A DNA stretch of 64,000 nt from Eledone cirrhosa (lineage: Eukaryota), in contig OZ024749.1 of assembly GCA_964016885.1 (NCBI GenBank), positions 52,638,001-52,702,000 on the forward strand. The letters are read 5' to 3'. Position numbers and translations under genes: made by a program. Position 1 is the first letter of the stretch. Each line of letters begins with the position of its first letter. Positions 26,047-40,120 of the stretch are shown in pieces. The notes under the pieces were generated by a model. That model ran no database searches. It was not told the origin of the DNA and worked only from the letters and a program-made list of their open reading frames with translations.

Positions 26047-26104
26047 ATACTATGATCATTTCAATGACCGGGTTCCATATGAATCCGGTGATATCATCAG
26101 GTAT
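26047..26104 (-). ncRNA. Type I hammerhead ribozyme motif, intact core
   Basis: - strand ATAC-CTGATGA-(stem II ACCGG...CCGGT)-GAAA-TGATCA-TA^-GTAT; stem I ATAC/GTAT; palindromic stem III ATGATCAT. Confidence 0.8.
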
Positions 26105-26213
26105 TGGAATATAACAAAGGAATATGTAAAAAGCCATGGGTCCGAAAAACCAGAGACAGAGAGGACGGCTGACCAACTAGCTTCACAGCCAGCCGCCCTC
26201 AAAGTATATCAAA

Positions 26214-26361
<148 letters not shown>

Positions 26362-26383
26362 ATATATATACATATACATATAC

Positions 26384-26432
<49 letters not shown>

Positions 26433-26437
26433 CACAT

Positions 26438-26574
<137 letters not shown>

Positions 26575-26659
26575 TGATTTGGCAAATCAACTTTTCAAAT
26601 GCAAGTCGATGTTGAAAGGTATGTCAAATCTATTTATTTATAAGACTGTCTATATTGTA

Positions 26660-26721
26660 TTTTGTCTGAAGAAGGCATAACATATTGTTAATATGATATC
26701 CCTGAAATATATATAATGAAA
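26660..26721 (+). ncRNA. Type I hammerhead-like motif
   Basis: TTTTGT-CTGAAGA-AGG..CATATT.GTT.AATATG..CCT-GAAA-TATATA-TA^-ATGAAA; stem I needs two GU pairs. Confidence 0.6.
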
Positions 26722-27011
26722 TAGATATGGTTTTATAAATATAATTTCCATTTATTTAATATCGTATATATATATATATATATGTATATATAATTGAATA
26801 TAAAAGAGAGACAAACACAGATATAAACATATATGTGTTCAAACTGTAAGGACCAAGTTCGCCAGGTTGAAAAAAATACTAACCCATATATGTATATATG
26901 TGTGTTTGTCTCTCTTTTATATTCAATTATTACACGGCTCAGAAAAATCTCTTTCCTTGAGCTATTTAATTGTAAGAGACTATATTGAGTTTCTAACTCA
27001 ATATATACCTT

Positions 27012-27061
<50 letters not shown>

Positions 27062-27431
27062 TCAGAAGATCCCGTTAAGGGTGAAAGCAGCGATTCTTTG
27101 CTTAAACTTTAATCTGTTATTTTAATAAATATTTGCTCTTCGGTTCTTATATATTTTATATATATTTTCCTTATCGAGCCCTCTCTGGATTTTAGTCTTC
27201 AATTTTATTATTATTACTATATATATAATCTACCATTTCCATGTCACTGATGTCCAAATGAAAGGCAATAGCTGATATATCTTGACATCAGTTTTGTCAT
27301 AGACCTTAAGTCAGTACAACATGGCATTAGTGTTGTCATAGGTACTGCTGTCAATATATATATATATATATATCAATAATATTAATAAATGGAAACTATC
27401 TTTATAAAACCATATTTATTTTATATATATA

Positions 27432-27574
<143 letters not shown>

Positions 27575-27840
27575 GGGTGTGGTTTGTGTGTGCGCGAATG
27601 TACGTATGTATATAATGTTGTTATTTATGTTAATATTTTTGTCTTGGATTTTCCATCTGAAAAATTTCCTGTCGTCGCTGAAAACTATATACATACGTAT
27701 AGGCTAATATGTGCGTATATAGGAAACTATATATACACAGATATATAGGAAGCACGATAGAAAATGTCGAATATTGAACGATATATGTTATTATTGAAAG
27801 CAATATTTACATAAAAACAATATAATAATTTTTCCCTTAC

Positions 27841-27960
27841 CTGAAAGGTAATGATAGATCGATCTTCAATAGTATTTGGTACGGGAACTTAATGTTGATT
27901 CTGCCAACAGTTCCTTTCTCTAACTTCTACAACGATTGACGACTATTCAGGAAATGTTTC
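27841..27960 (-). other. ZNFX1: Candidate non-coding first exon of ZNFX1
   Basis: Strong donor CAG|GTAAGG at 27841/27840 in a unique-sequence island upstream of the 24069 acceptor; upstream boundary is a guess. Confidence 0.35.
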
Positions 27961-28017
27961 AATTGTATATATACATATATACAAATTAACGATAATGAAA
28001 GTAAAGTTTTCTCAAAA

Positions 28018-28135
<118 letters not shown>

Positions 28136-28254
28136 CACACATACACATATATATTATATATGTTTGAAGTGTTTCCGTAGGAAATATAAAGGAAAAGAGA
28201 GTGCTCTATGTAGGCTGCGGAGCCTATATATATATATATATATATATACAGAGC

Positions 28255-28414
<160 letters not shown>

Positions 28415-28621
28415 GTGTATACAGATGCGAGAAAAACCACAAACCCTCTATCTCAATTCTACTTTTGAAAAGCATTAAAACTGTAAAACCGATAAAGGAA
28501 ACAAATAAATATTCTTAAAAAGACTCCAGTTGCATTTTCCAGTTCATCTTTTTTCCTTATAGTTTCACTCGTGTAGGACATCTCGTTTTTTCTTTTTCAT
28601 TTTGAAAAAAGACCTCGTTTT

Positions 28622-28659
<38 letters not shown>

Positions 28660-28776
28660 AAAACGAGGTCTTTTTCGCGAGAAGCGAAAACCAACCAAAC
28701 AGTGAGTGTGTTCTGTTATTAATTCTGGCAATATTACGCAAATATGACCCTCCCCAAGTATAACAATATATATATA

Positions 28777-28970
28777 TAACGAAGGAAATGTGGTAAGGAA
28801 CCAGGTAGACCATAACGCACCAAAGTACTCAATACTTAGGGTAGTAGAGTGGGTAATAGGAACGAGTAGGACCCCGACGGCTGAGCTCAAGCCGTTTCGA
28901 CGGCTAATTCTGTCTAGAATTAGCCGTCGAAACGGCTTGAGCTTAGCCGTCGGGGTCCTACTCGTTCCTA
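28777..28970. mobile_element. Fold-back element of the GUC-hammerhead family (long arm + short arm) in (TA)n
   Basis: TAGGAACGAGTAGGACCCCGACGGCTGAGCTCAAGCCGTTTCGACGGCTAATTCT followed by its reverse complement. Confidence 0.85.
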
Positions 28971-29058
28971 TATATATATATAAGAGAGTATTGAAGTTTG
29001 CTTGAAGCATTGTGGAATAATACATTTTTTTTTTTTGTCGTTTTGGAAGCCTCAACTA

Positions 29059-29940
<882 letters not shown>

Positions 29941-30000
29941 CCTGAACTGATAAGGTCAGGTTTCTTGGGTATGTCAACATTTATAAAACAAATTTTGTAT

Positions 30001-30055
30001 TTTATCTGATGGGGGCGTACCAAAATGTTGGTACCCTTGAAATATATATAATAAA
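30001..30055 (+). ncRNA. Hammerhead-like motif with an A9G core change
   Basis: TTTAT-CTGATGG-GGG.GTACCAA.AATG.TTGGTACCC.TT-GAAA-TATATA-TA^-ATAAA. Confidence 0.6.
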
Positions 30056-30122
30056 ATAAATATGGTTTTATAAATATAGTTTCCATTTATTAATATCATT
30101 GATATATATATATATATATATA

Positions 30123-30317
30123 TAACGAAGGAAATGTGGTAAGGAACCAGGTGGACCATAACGCACCAAAGTACTCAATACTTGAGGTAGTAGAGTGGGT
30201 AATAGGAACCAGTAAGACCCCGACAGCTGAGCTCAAGCCGTTTCGACGGCTAATTCTTGTCCAGAATTAGCCGTCGAAACGGCTTGAGCTCAGCTGTCGG
30301 GGTCTTACTGGTTCCTA
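30123..30317. mobile_element. Fold-back element, GUC-hammerhead family (long + short arm)
   Basis: Same sequence and layout as 28777-28970; (TA)n on both sides. Confidence 0.85.
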
Positions 30318-30766
30318 TATATATATATATATATATATATAAATGAAAGGTATAGAAATTGTTTTAGCGAGAAGCTAATAGTATTCTATAACATATATGC
30401 GACTATATCGTCAAGATGGGAAAAGTAGTTAACGTAAGATTTAGGAAAAATAATTCAAACTCATCTCAAAAGAGAATCAGGATATAAATTCATCCACAGA
30501 ATTTAGTGAAATCCGGGGAAAAATCAATAGACCTTTAACTCATGATAAAATAAAGTTTAAAACACTTATCCTTCAATTTGGAATAACATCAAATGCTCTG
30601 TATAGTCTTAAAAGACTATTTCATGAAAACTTTCAGTGGAGATGGTCACGATTGGATTTCAATCGTCAGCAGAGCTCAACAGATAACCAGGGCTACCACA
30701 GTATTATAAGCCGAAAAGGGAATTCTAAAACTGGCTAGTTCGCCGTCATACGTGATTATGAAAACG

Positions 30767-30814
<48 letters not shown>

Positions 30815-31229
30815 GGAGGTGAGTTTTATTGTAGTACAATAAAGCAATGCAGATATCGGATACTCTCATCTCCTCCCCCTTTTTTCATCCTTTCCACCCC
30901 CCCTCCCTAAATAAAATATTTTTTCCTCGTACATATCTTCCCTTCGTTAATTTTCAAATTCTTTTAATTTATACATTATCTTCCAACGGTTTTCAACCTC
31001 TCTATGTAAAAACAATATATCTTCTCTCAGTTATAAAAACTATCTCTTTCTCTCTATCACCCATCTCTCCCTCTCATCTCCTCCCCTTTTTCATCCTTTC
31101 CACCCCCCCCCCTCTCTAAATAAAATATTTTTCCCAATATCACACATCAATCTAAAACCACTTTTCATATGTTGATTTAAAACTGCACCATCCACAAGTG
31201 TTTTTTAGCCTTCATATCATGTTCTCCTG

Positions 31230-31296
31230 TTTTATCTGATGAAAACACAAATATTATTGCATAATGATGTTTGTTTTTGAAATGCGCATAATAAAA
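31230..31296 (+). ncRNA. Type I hammerhead ribozyme motif, intact core
   Basis: TTTTAT-CTGATGA-(long AT-rich stem II)-GAAA-TGCGCA-TA^-ATAAAA; 6-bp stem I; palindromic stem III ATGCGCAT. Confidence 0.8.
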
Positions 31297-31328
31297 TACA
31301 TGGAACTCCTTTAACCATCTTTTGATCT

Positions 31329-31650
<322 letters not shown>

Positions 31651-31651
31651 T

Positions 31652-31969
<318 letters not shown>

Positions 31970-32214
31970 TGTGTGGTTATGTGTATGTGTGTTTGTGTAT
32001 GTGTATGTATGTGTATCTATGTATGTATGTATGTGTGTGTGATAGTAAAAGTAGTTTTCCAAGAGTACGTGGAAATTTATTTTAGGTCATCTCTCTCTCT
32101 CTTTCTCTACCTATCTATCTGTATCTTTCTCTTTCTCTTGCATTCTTTCTTTCTCTCTCTCTCTCTCTCTCGCATTCGTTTTCTCTCTCTCTTTCTCTTC
32201 TTCTTTTGCATTCG

Positions 32215-32305
<91 letters not shown>

Positions 32306-33797
32306 GCATTCGTTCTCTTTCTCGACCTGTCTTTTATCAAATGTAGATCACTACAGTCTCTCCTTTTTCTCTCTCTCTCTGTTTTCTCTTTCTCTTCGTA
32401 TTTGTGAAGGAGGGCAGATATATGTGTATCTGTATGTGTGTATGTGTGTGTAATTCTCGGAAATGACCAAGTTATTTCCCATCAATGAGTAATCATACAC
32501 AATGACAACATATTTTTTCCTCTGCTGCCACACCGTCTTTTTTGTTCTATGTATCTTTACCCTTTCTAGCAGTCTCTCTCTCTGTTAGCCTCTTCCTCAC
32601 CTCACCCTTCACTCACTCATTCTCTGCCACTACCTCTCCTCCTCCTCCTCCTCTTTCTTCCCGTTTGACCTGTGAGTAACTCTTTTCTCTCACATTCTCG
32701 GCATGAGCTGGTCAGAATTTTTTCTCTCGCGTCTACGATTTCACAGAACTTATGTTTACCGAATTCGCAGACCAGACCCCTTCTTCCTCCCGTTAGACCT
32801 GCGCGAAATTCCTTCCTTGCTCACATTTCAACCAGGTTTGATGGTCTTTATTCTCTCGTTCACGATTTCACCGAACTTAAATTCATAGAAATCTGGGACT
32901 TGTCTCCTTTCCTCACTTTCTGTTGCCTCACCATTTTGTTTGTTCACCCTCGCGTCCCCTTTATTTTCGTGTCCCAACGACTTTTTTTAGCCGTTGCTCG
33001 CACCAACCGGAGGTATATGGTCTTTAAAGCGATGAAATACCTATGATAGTTGGAAGATCACTGATGAAGGACAAACTTTTTTCATATATATATATATATC
33101 TTGTTATACTTTGGGAGGGTCATGTTGCCAATAAGAAACACACGCACCAGTTGCCCTCACTTCAATTTATTATATATTTATAAATTTATAAATTTACAAA
33201 TCTACAAACTTATAAATTTCTGGTTGGTTGGTTGGTTCCACAACCAGATAGTTGTTTATATATAGTCATAGTCCTTTCGTCACACACTCTGTGACCTCTT
33301 CAGTGACCGGGGATTCCTTTCCCTTGTTTCTATGCCTTTCTTTTCTTCTGTCCTACGCCATTTTGTTTCTGTGTGTGTGTTGTGTGCTCAGTTTGCGCAT
33401 GCGCCACATCCGGGTGTCTGTGTGTGTTTGTGTTCATTTATCTATTTGTTTATTTATTTATTTATTTATTGTTGGTTGGTTGTTTGTTCTATGTGTGTGT
33501 GTGTTTTCATTTTGTCCTTAATTGTAAGTTGTGATGTTGCTGTTCCACTCATATTTTCTATTTAATTTTGGTTGTAATTCTTTTATGCTTACTGCCTCTG
33601 TAATTTGCCTAAACATTGCATCTTTTCTGTGTGTGGATTCTATTTTTATTTCTATGTTCTCTAATTTACCCCTGTGTTCTATCTTAGCAACTGGTGCGCG
33701 TGTTTCTTATTGGCAACATGACCCTCCCAAAGTATAACAATATCGGTTTCAACACACGTTTTCAGATAAAGAATCTTGCTAAACAAATTCAGAAACG

Positions 33798-33830
<33 letters not shown>

Positions 33831-33834
<4 letters not shown>

Positions 33835-34029
33835 AACAAGTAGGACCCCGACGGCTGAGCTCAAGCTGTTTCGACAGCTAATTCTGGACTGAGTCCAGAA
33901 TTAGCCGTCGAAACGGCTTGAGCTCAGCCGTCGGGGTCCTACTTGTTCCTATCACCAACTCTACTACCCTAAGTATTGAGTACTTTTGGTGCGTTATGGT
34001 CCATCTGGTTCCTTACCACATTTCCTTCG

Positions 34030-34032
<3 letters not shown>
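33831..34032. mobile_element. Fold-back element, GUC-hammerhead family (short + long arm)
   Basis: Centre CTGGACTGAGTCCAG; long arm ends CATTTCCTTCGT-(TA)n. Confidence 0.85.
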
Positions 34033-34109
<77 letters not shown>

Positions 34110-34293
34110 ATGAGTTGCTGAAGACGTGAATCCATACTGAAGTAGCCACAGGCTAACGGTTGAATTGTAGTAACAAGCAACGACAATATATGTTATGTCA
34201 TTGTGTATGATTACACATTGATGGGAAATAACTTGCTCATTTCCGAGAATTACACACACACATACACACATCTTGTTTATTACATAACTATAT

Positions 34294-34378
<85 letters not shown>

Positions 34379-34638
34379 GTTATGTAATAAACAACATAAG
34401 ATAATTATTTCATTTACCAGTGGTTTCTTGAAGGCAGATATTTATATCTGTCTTCAGTCGTCAGAATGAATAAATAACATGGTGTTTTTATTAAATATCT
34501 AGATATTTAATAAAAAACACCATGTAATTTATTCATTCTGCCTTCAAGAAACACCGCATCAACTTGTTAACGCCCAAAGGGTAGTGACCTAGAGTTTGAC
34601 CTTTAGGTGTCACCCAGGGTTCGAGGTGTTGACAGGTT

Positions 34639-34689
<51 letters not shown>

Positions 34690-34764
34690 GCATACATACA
34701 TACATCCATACATACATACATACATACATACATACATACATACATACATACATACATACATACA

Positions 34765-35745
34765 TGGAGCCCCGAGCATGATCCTTGCTGCTGATACGGT
34801 CATACCTTCGGCCACTGGGGTCCAACTAGGCGACCCTTTGGGAACCCTCCTGTTTGCCCTTGGTATAGACCACATCTCTCGGAGTATCACGGCCCCTCTC
34901 AATGTTTGGTATCTGGATGACGCTACGTTGGGCGGGCCTGTACAGACTGTCTGCCATGAACCACAATCGATGGTTCCTGCCCTGGCAGGAATCGGCCTCC
35001 AGGTCAACTCGGCTAAGTCGGAGGTAGTGAACGTCAGCCACGCTGCTGAGGGCTTTGCAACCTCCGTCTCGGACGTGCGGTCCATTCTCCACCAGGTACA
35101 GGTGACTCTTAATGAGGATGTCCTCATCCTCGAGTCACCGATCCACCCGCCGGCCATCCGCTCCACCATCAGATCCAGGCTTCAACAACTCCAGACTCTC
35201 ACGAGCCGACTGGGCTTGATCGACGGCCACCCAGCCCGGTTTCTGTTGAAGAACTGCTTCGCCATGGTGAAGCTCCTCTATACCCTTAGCAGCGCTCCGT
35301 GTTACACTCACACATCTCTCCTCGCTGACCTCGATATTTGTATCCGAGAAGCAGCCGAGGAGATATGCAACGTCAAGTTTGACGTCATTGGATGGCAACA
35401 GGCCACTTTACCTGTCAGGTTTGGCGGCCTTGGCCTCCGGTCCCCGATCTCAGCAGGGTTCTCCAAAACACAATAGAACCCTCTGTGTTCAGAGAACGTG
35501 AGGCCGCCTATGAGGCTGGGATTCAGCCCAGTAGACGTCCCTCCTCCTTCTCCCCCTGTTGACGTCAAATCCTTCCCAAAGCACTTGGAATGCCATCCAG
35601 TGCAGCCTGGCATCAGACAGGTTCAGGCACCAGCTCAACCAGCACCGCCTTGGCACACAGTGGTGCCTGGCTCCATGCCCTACTCTCCTTCTCTACTGGC
35701 ACGCAGCTAGACAATAATAGCCTGCGCATTGGCGTTTCCTTGAAG
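34765..35745 (+). mobile_element. Decayed CRE-clade (RLE-type) non-LTR retrotransposon RT fragment
   Basis: GVQLGDPLGTLLF, WYLDDATLGG, QATLPVRFGGLGLRS and, in a shifted frame, HSGAWLHAL...LDNNSLRIGVSL; GC-rich island after (TACA)n. Confidence 0.8.
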
Positions 35746-35959
35746 GTATATCTTACCATACCCTCTTTGTTATATATATATCAACATACGTTAACTTTGG
35801 TCTTCCTCTTCCAGTGTGTCCATATAGGGGCTCCCACAGGAGCACGGAGTGCAATGTCAACTCTGGTTGTCGGTGAGACGCAGGACATGGCAGCGATAAT
35901 GAGGGACAGAGACCGCTGGAGAGAACTCGACCATGGATGTCGGGAATTTTACCCACCCT

Positions 35960-36034
<75 letters not shown>

Positions 36035-36053
36035 TATATATATATATATATAC

Positions 36054-36102
<49 letters not shown>

Positions 36103-36300
36103 TATATATATATATATATACATTATATACATGTAAAGTTATATTTAAAATTGTTGGGTTACAACTAGTAAATATTTATATACATTATATATATATATAT
36201 ATATATATACATTATATATATATATATATATATATATACATTATATATATATATATATATACATTATATATATATATATATATATAATATATATATACAC

Positions 36301-36380
<80 letters not shown>

Positions 36381-36728
36381 AACGGCGCGGAAGAATCTAA
36401 GATTAAGATATATATATATAGCTGTGTTGCAACTCAGAACCATTTAGATGCAAAGCTATCTTTTTTTTCTAACAATGCTATGCCTCTACTCGTTAAATAT
36501 TTTCAAAATTTTATTCCCATTTTTTCTTTTAATATTTCAATTTAACATTTTATGAATAATTTCTAATACATTAATGATACAAATGTATATTTTTAATCGG
36601 TGACGAAAAGATGGCTTAAATAAGAATGGTTAGCTTTATATTCATCAAAGCTAAGGTGACTTTCGGTAAAAAAAAGAGAAACAAACTTGAAGTATTTGAT
36701 ATCCAGTCTTACGAACAGTTTGTAAACA

Positions 36729-36890
36729 ATGACAGGAGTCATTAAAAAAACATGGGATCCTTGGAAAATGTACGACGTGTCTTTAAAAGAGAGAAAGGCT
36801 ATGGAAGAACGTGCTTTGATGAGAGATAAGTTGAAGAGTGAATGGCAAAAGAAAATTACTGATCCACATAAAGGCAGTGGAGGTTACATT
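36729..36890 (+). CDS. NDUFB4: NADH:ubiquinone oxidoreductase subunit B4 (B15), exon 1
   Basis: MTGVIKKTWDPWKMYDVSLKERKAMEERALMRDKLKSEWQKKITDPHKGSGGYI|GTAAGT resembles NDUFB4 Y.IS.E.R.A..ER...R..LK.E......DP. Confidence 0.88.
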
Positions 36891-38028
36891 GTAAGTATAT
36901 GAGATATGTGATGTGTTAACTTAGTTGTACTTATAATAATTTAATATAATGATTTCTACAATAGGCACAAGGCCAACAGTTTAGGGAGAGGGGGGAGTCA
37001 ATTACATCGATCCCAGTGCATTACTAGTACTTTATTTTATCGACCCCGCCGTAAGGATAAAGGCAAAGTTAACCTCGGCGGGATTTGAACTCAGAACGTA
37101 AAGGGCCTTAACATAATAATAATATATTAAAATATTCAAAGTTGCAGACGACATTTTGCTGTTTTAACAGCTTCTTTACACCTAGTTTTGCCATTTTCCT
37201 ACGAATTCTAATACACTCGCGTTTCAAAACACGATATTCGAGTTAATTTGTTTACACACACACATATATATATATATATATATTATATACACGAACGAAG
37301 CAGTCCTAGTCCTGTAGAAGTCATTTCTATATATAATAAAGATGCCTATACTCCACCAATGTATTGAGTACATTTTTTAACTGTGGTTAATCCCCGACTC
37401 AATTCGTTGCCAAGATAGCATGGGTTAGATGATTTGTCCTGTTGTTGGCAATGCCAGCTCAGGTGACCATGTCTTGCTCATACAGAACTGATTTTGGCTT
37501 GATCTCTACAGCTGGATGCTCTTCGTAAGGCCAACCTCATTTACAGTGAGTACTGGGTGCTTTTTTGTCGTGGCACCTACATGACCACTTTACAGTGTGG
37601 AATGGGTGCTTTTTTGTTGTGGCAACTCCACGACCACTTTACAGTGGGAGGGGTTGGCGGCCTGTCTATATGCTTCAGCTTGTACCTGTGGGAAGTTGGG
37701 TCTTCTGTATTACTGCGTGACAAGTGGAGAGATGCTGTGCTGAATAGGACCCGTCCAACCCTTCCAAGCAGGGAAAAGCGGACGTAAAATGATGATGATA
37801 TATATATATATATATTTAGTTATGTTATAAACAACATAAGACAATTATTCCATTTACCAAAGGTTTAATATATATATATATTCATGCATGTATGTATATT
37901 GTTGATTAATGCCTTTGAAAAAACACAAGTGTGCCAAACTAGAGAAATTTTGTTGACATTTCATATTTTTTCGTTTAGTTAATTCAATGAAATATGACTC
38001 ATTCTTTCTTTCATTTATATTTTAACAG

Positions 38029-38172
38029 TTTGATCCCCAAATGCAACGCTTTTATTCAATGCGTGTAACAGGATTTAATTACTTCAAAGTGACATTCAAG
38101 TCTGTCATGATTGGACTCAATCTGGTGGTTATTCCAATCGCATTTTTTACTTATTTGGTAAACAGTGACAAA
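38029..38172 (+). CDS. NDUFB4: NDUFB4 exon 2 (includes the transmembrane helix)
   Basis: TTTAACAG|FDPQMQRFYSMRVTGFNYFKVTFKSVMIGLNLVVIPIAFFTYLVNSDK|GTAAGT; phase 0/0. Confidence 0.88.
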
Positions 38173-39461
38173 GTAAGTGATCTTAATGAAATTCTTTTTT
38201 GTTAACCCTTTAACATTTCCATTACTCTATATATATATATATACTATTGTATTGTCATGGTAAACACTTTATCTCATAATTATCTTACATAATATTGAAT
38301 CTATGAGATTTTGATATTATTTATTTTGAGAACAATGCCTTAACGTAAGTACAAGCAGCCAGTTTTGGCCGGTTTAAATAACTTTCTGGTTTACTTTGGA
38401 TTACGTTTGAAGTGATTTGTTTCTAGTTCAAGGGTGCCTTATCATCATCCAGTTTTTGATTATGCAGGACACAATCCCCAAGTAGGAGTGGGTCCTGCCT
38501 GACAGCGCTCCTTAGTGTCCCACTCCATGTGTTTCTATCCACCGGTCTCACTTGGGCTAGGTCAAGCCTAGCTTGATCCCGATGGACATCCTCCATCCAA
38601 GTCCTTTTTGGTCTTCCTGGTTCGACATTCATCACTTTGCTGATTCAGCCCTCACTGCTTGGGTCACATAAATTTATTGAGTGGGTACACCCCCCTCCCT
38701 GCTCATTTCCATTCATCTTTCTAGTAGGTACCCCCCATCCTTTTCATTCATCTCAATCCTGTATTTCGTTAACAAAGTATAAATGTCCTTACTACACTCT
38801 TGGGTGAAAAGGAGTCAGGAAATTCGAGTGGTAGGAAGTTGTAGTAGAGGTAGACCGAGTAAGACCTAGACAGATGTAGTGAGAGCTGACCACAAATCAC
38901 TGAGAAGATGATGAAGAAACCTGGCAAATAGAGAGATGCTGTGCTGAGGACTAGTCCAACCCATCCAAGCATGGAAAAAAGGATGTAAAAATGATGATTG
39001 CTCTAAAAGTTTTGCTTCTGTATGTTTATGCCATGTGTATTGCATTTTTAGAATAGATACAAGCTGTAAAATGGTGTTAGGAAGGACATCCAGCCATAGA
39101 AAGCTTGTCAAAGAAGGGGTTGGGAGGATCCTCAGTTGTGTCAAGTACATGACAACCTCACTAGTGTTGGTGATCTACATGATATAGGCACCCAGTAAAA
39201 TGGTTGGTGTTAGGAAGGACATCCAGCTGTAGAAAACTTGTCAAACAAGGGGGTTGGAGGACCCTTTAGTTTGTATGAAAAGACCACCACAACAAACATC
39301 ATCATCGTTTTTACTTTGATAGGTAGTGGGTGGAAGAGTCCATTAATTTGAAAGGTAGGAGTTGGAAGAGTCCATTAATTTGATAGATGGGAGTAGAAGC
39401 CATTAATGTTTACATGTTTCTTCAGTCCAGTTCAATTCTTTGCTTTATTTTCTCATTGTAG

Positions 39462-39530
39462 AATCGAGAAGAAACTAAAATTCGTAATGGTGAGATAATG
39501 TACAAAGACCGAACAAACAGATTTACCTAA
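39462..39530 (+). CDS. NDUFB4: NDUFB4 exon 3 (terminal)
   Basis: CATTGTAG|NREETKIRNGEIMYKDRTNRFT*; AATAAA at ~39560; total protein 124 aa. Confidence 0.88.
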   Translation, partial: NREETKIRNGEIMYKDRTNRFT

Positions 39531-40120
39531 AGCAACATAGACAGAAAATAGATTGTTGAAATAAAAGTTGCTGGATCACTACTGCTGCTGTGTTTGTCTT
39601 CCTTTTTACATTATTACATTTTTTTAGGGCAATGGATTGGCACGACCCTTTATGTTCTGAGTTCAAATCCCGCCGAGGTTAGCTTTGCCTTTCATCCTTA
39701 CGGGGTTGATAAATTAAACTACCAGTCACGCACTGGGGTTGATTTAATCGACTTTCCCCTCCCCACAAAATTGCTGGCCTTGTGCCTAAAGTAGAAATCA
39801 TTATTACATGTTTATATCTTTGATAGAAATGTAGTCTATTTACTCTTAGTTTTGATTCCAAGATATTGTGGTGTGAATAATTTGAGGAAGCTGGTGCAGT
39901 GCCCATCTCTTCCTTAAGCATCCAGTACCTCACTAGGTTTAGTCTACCAGCAGAAGCAGCTACGAGTGTTCCAGTTAATGTAATCAACAGAACAGAGTGC
40001 TTGTGAAAGTGGCTGAGCATTCCACATACACGTGTAGCTTTAACATAATTCTCAGGGATATTCAGTGTAACAAAGCTGGCTCCTCTTGGATTACAGGTAC
40101 AACCCATTATTGTTAGCTGA

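Noticed and set aside
27061-27095. Hammerhead-like CAGAAGA-TCCCGTTAAGGGT-GAAA
   Set aside because: Core U4 is altered and no convincing stem III or stem I; too degenerate to call.
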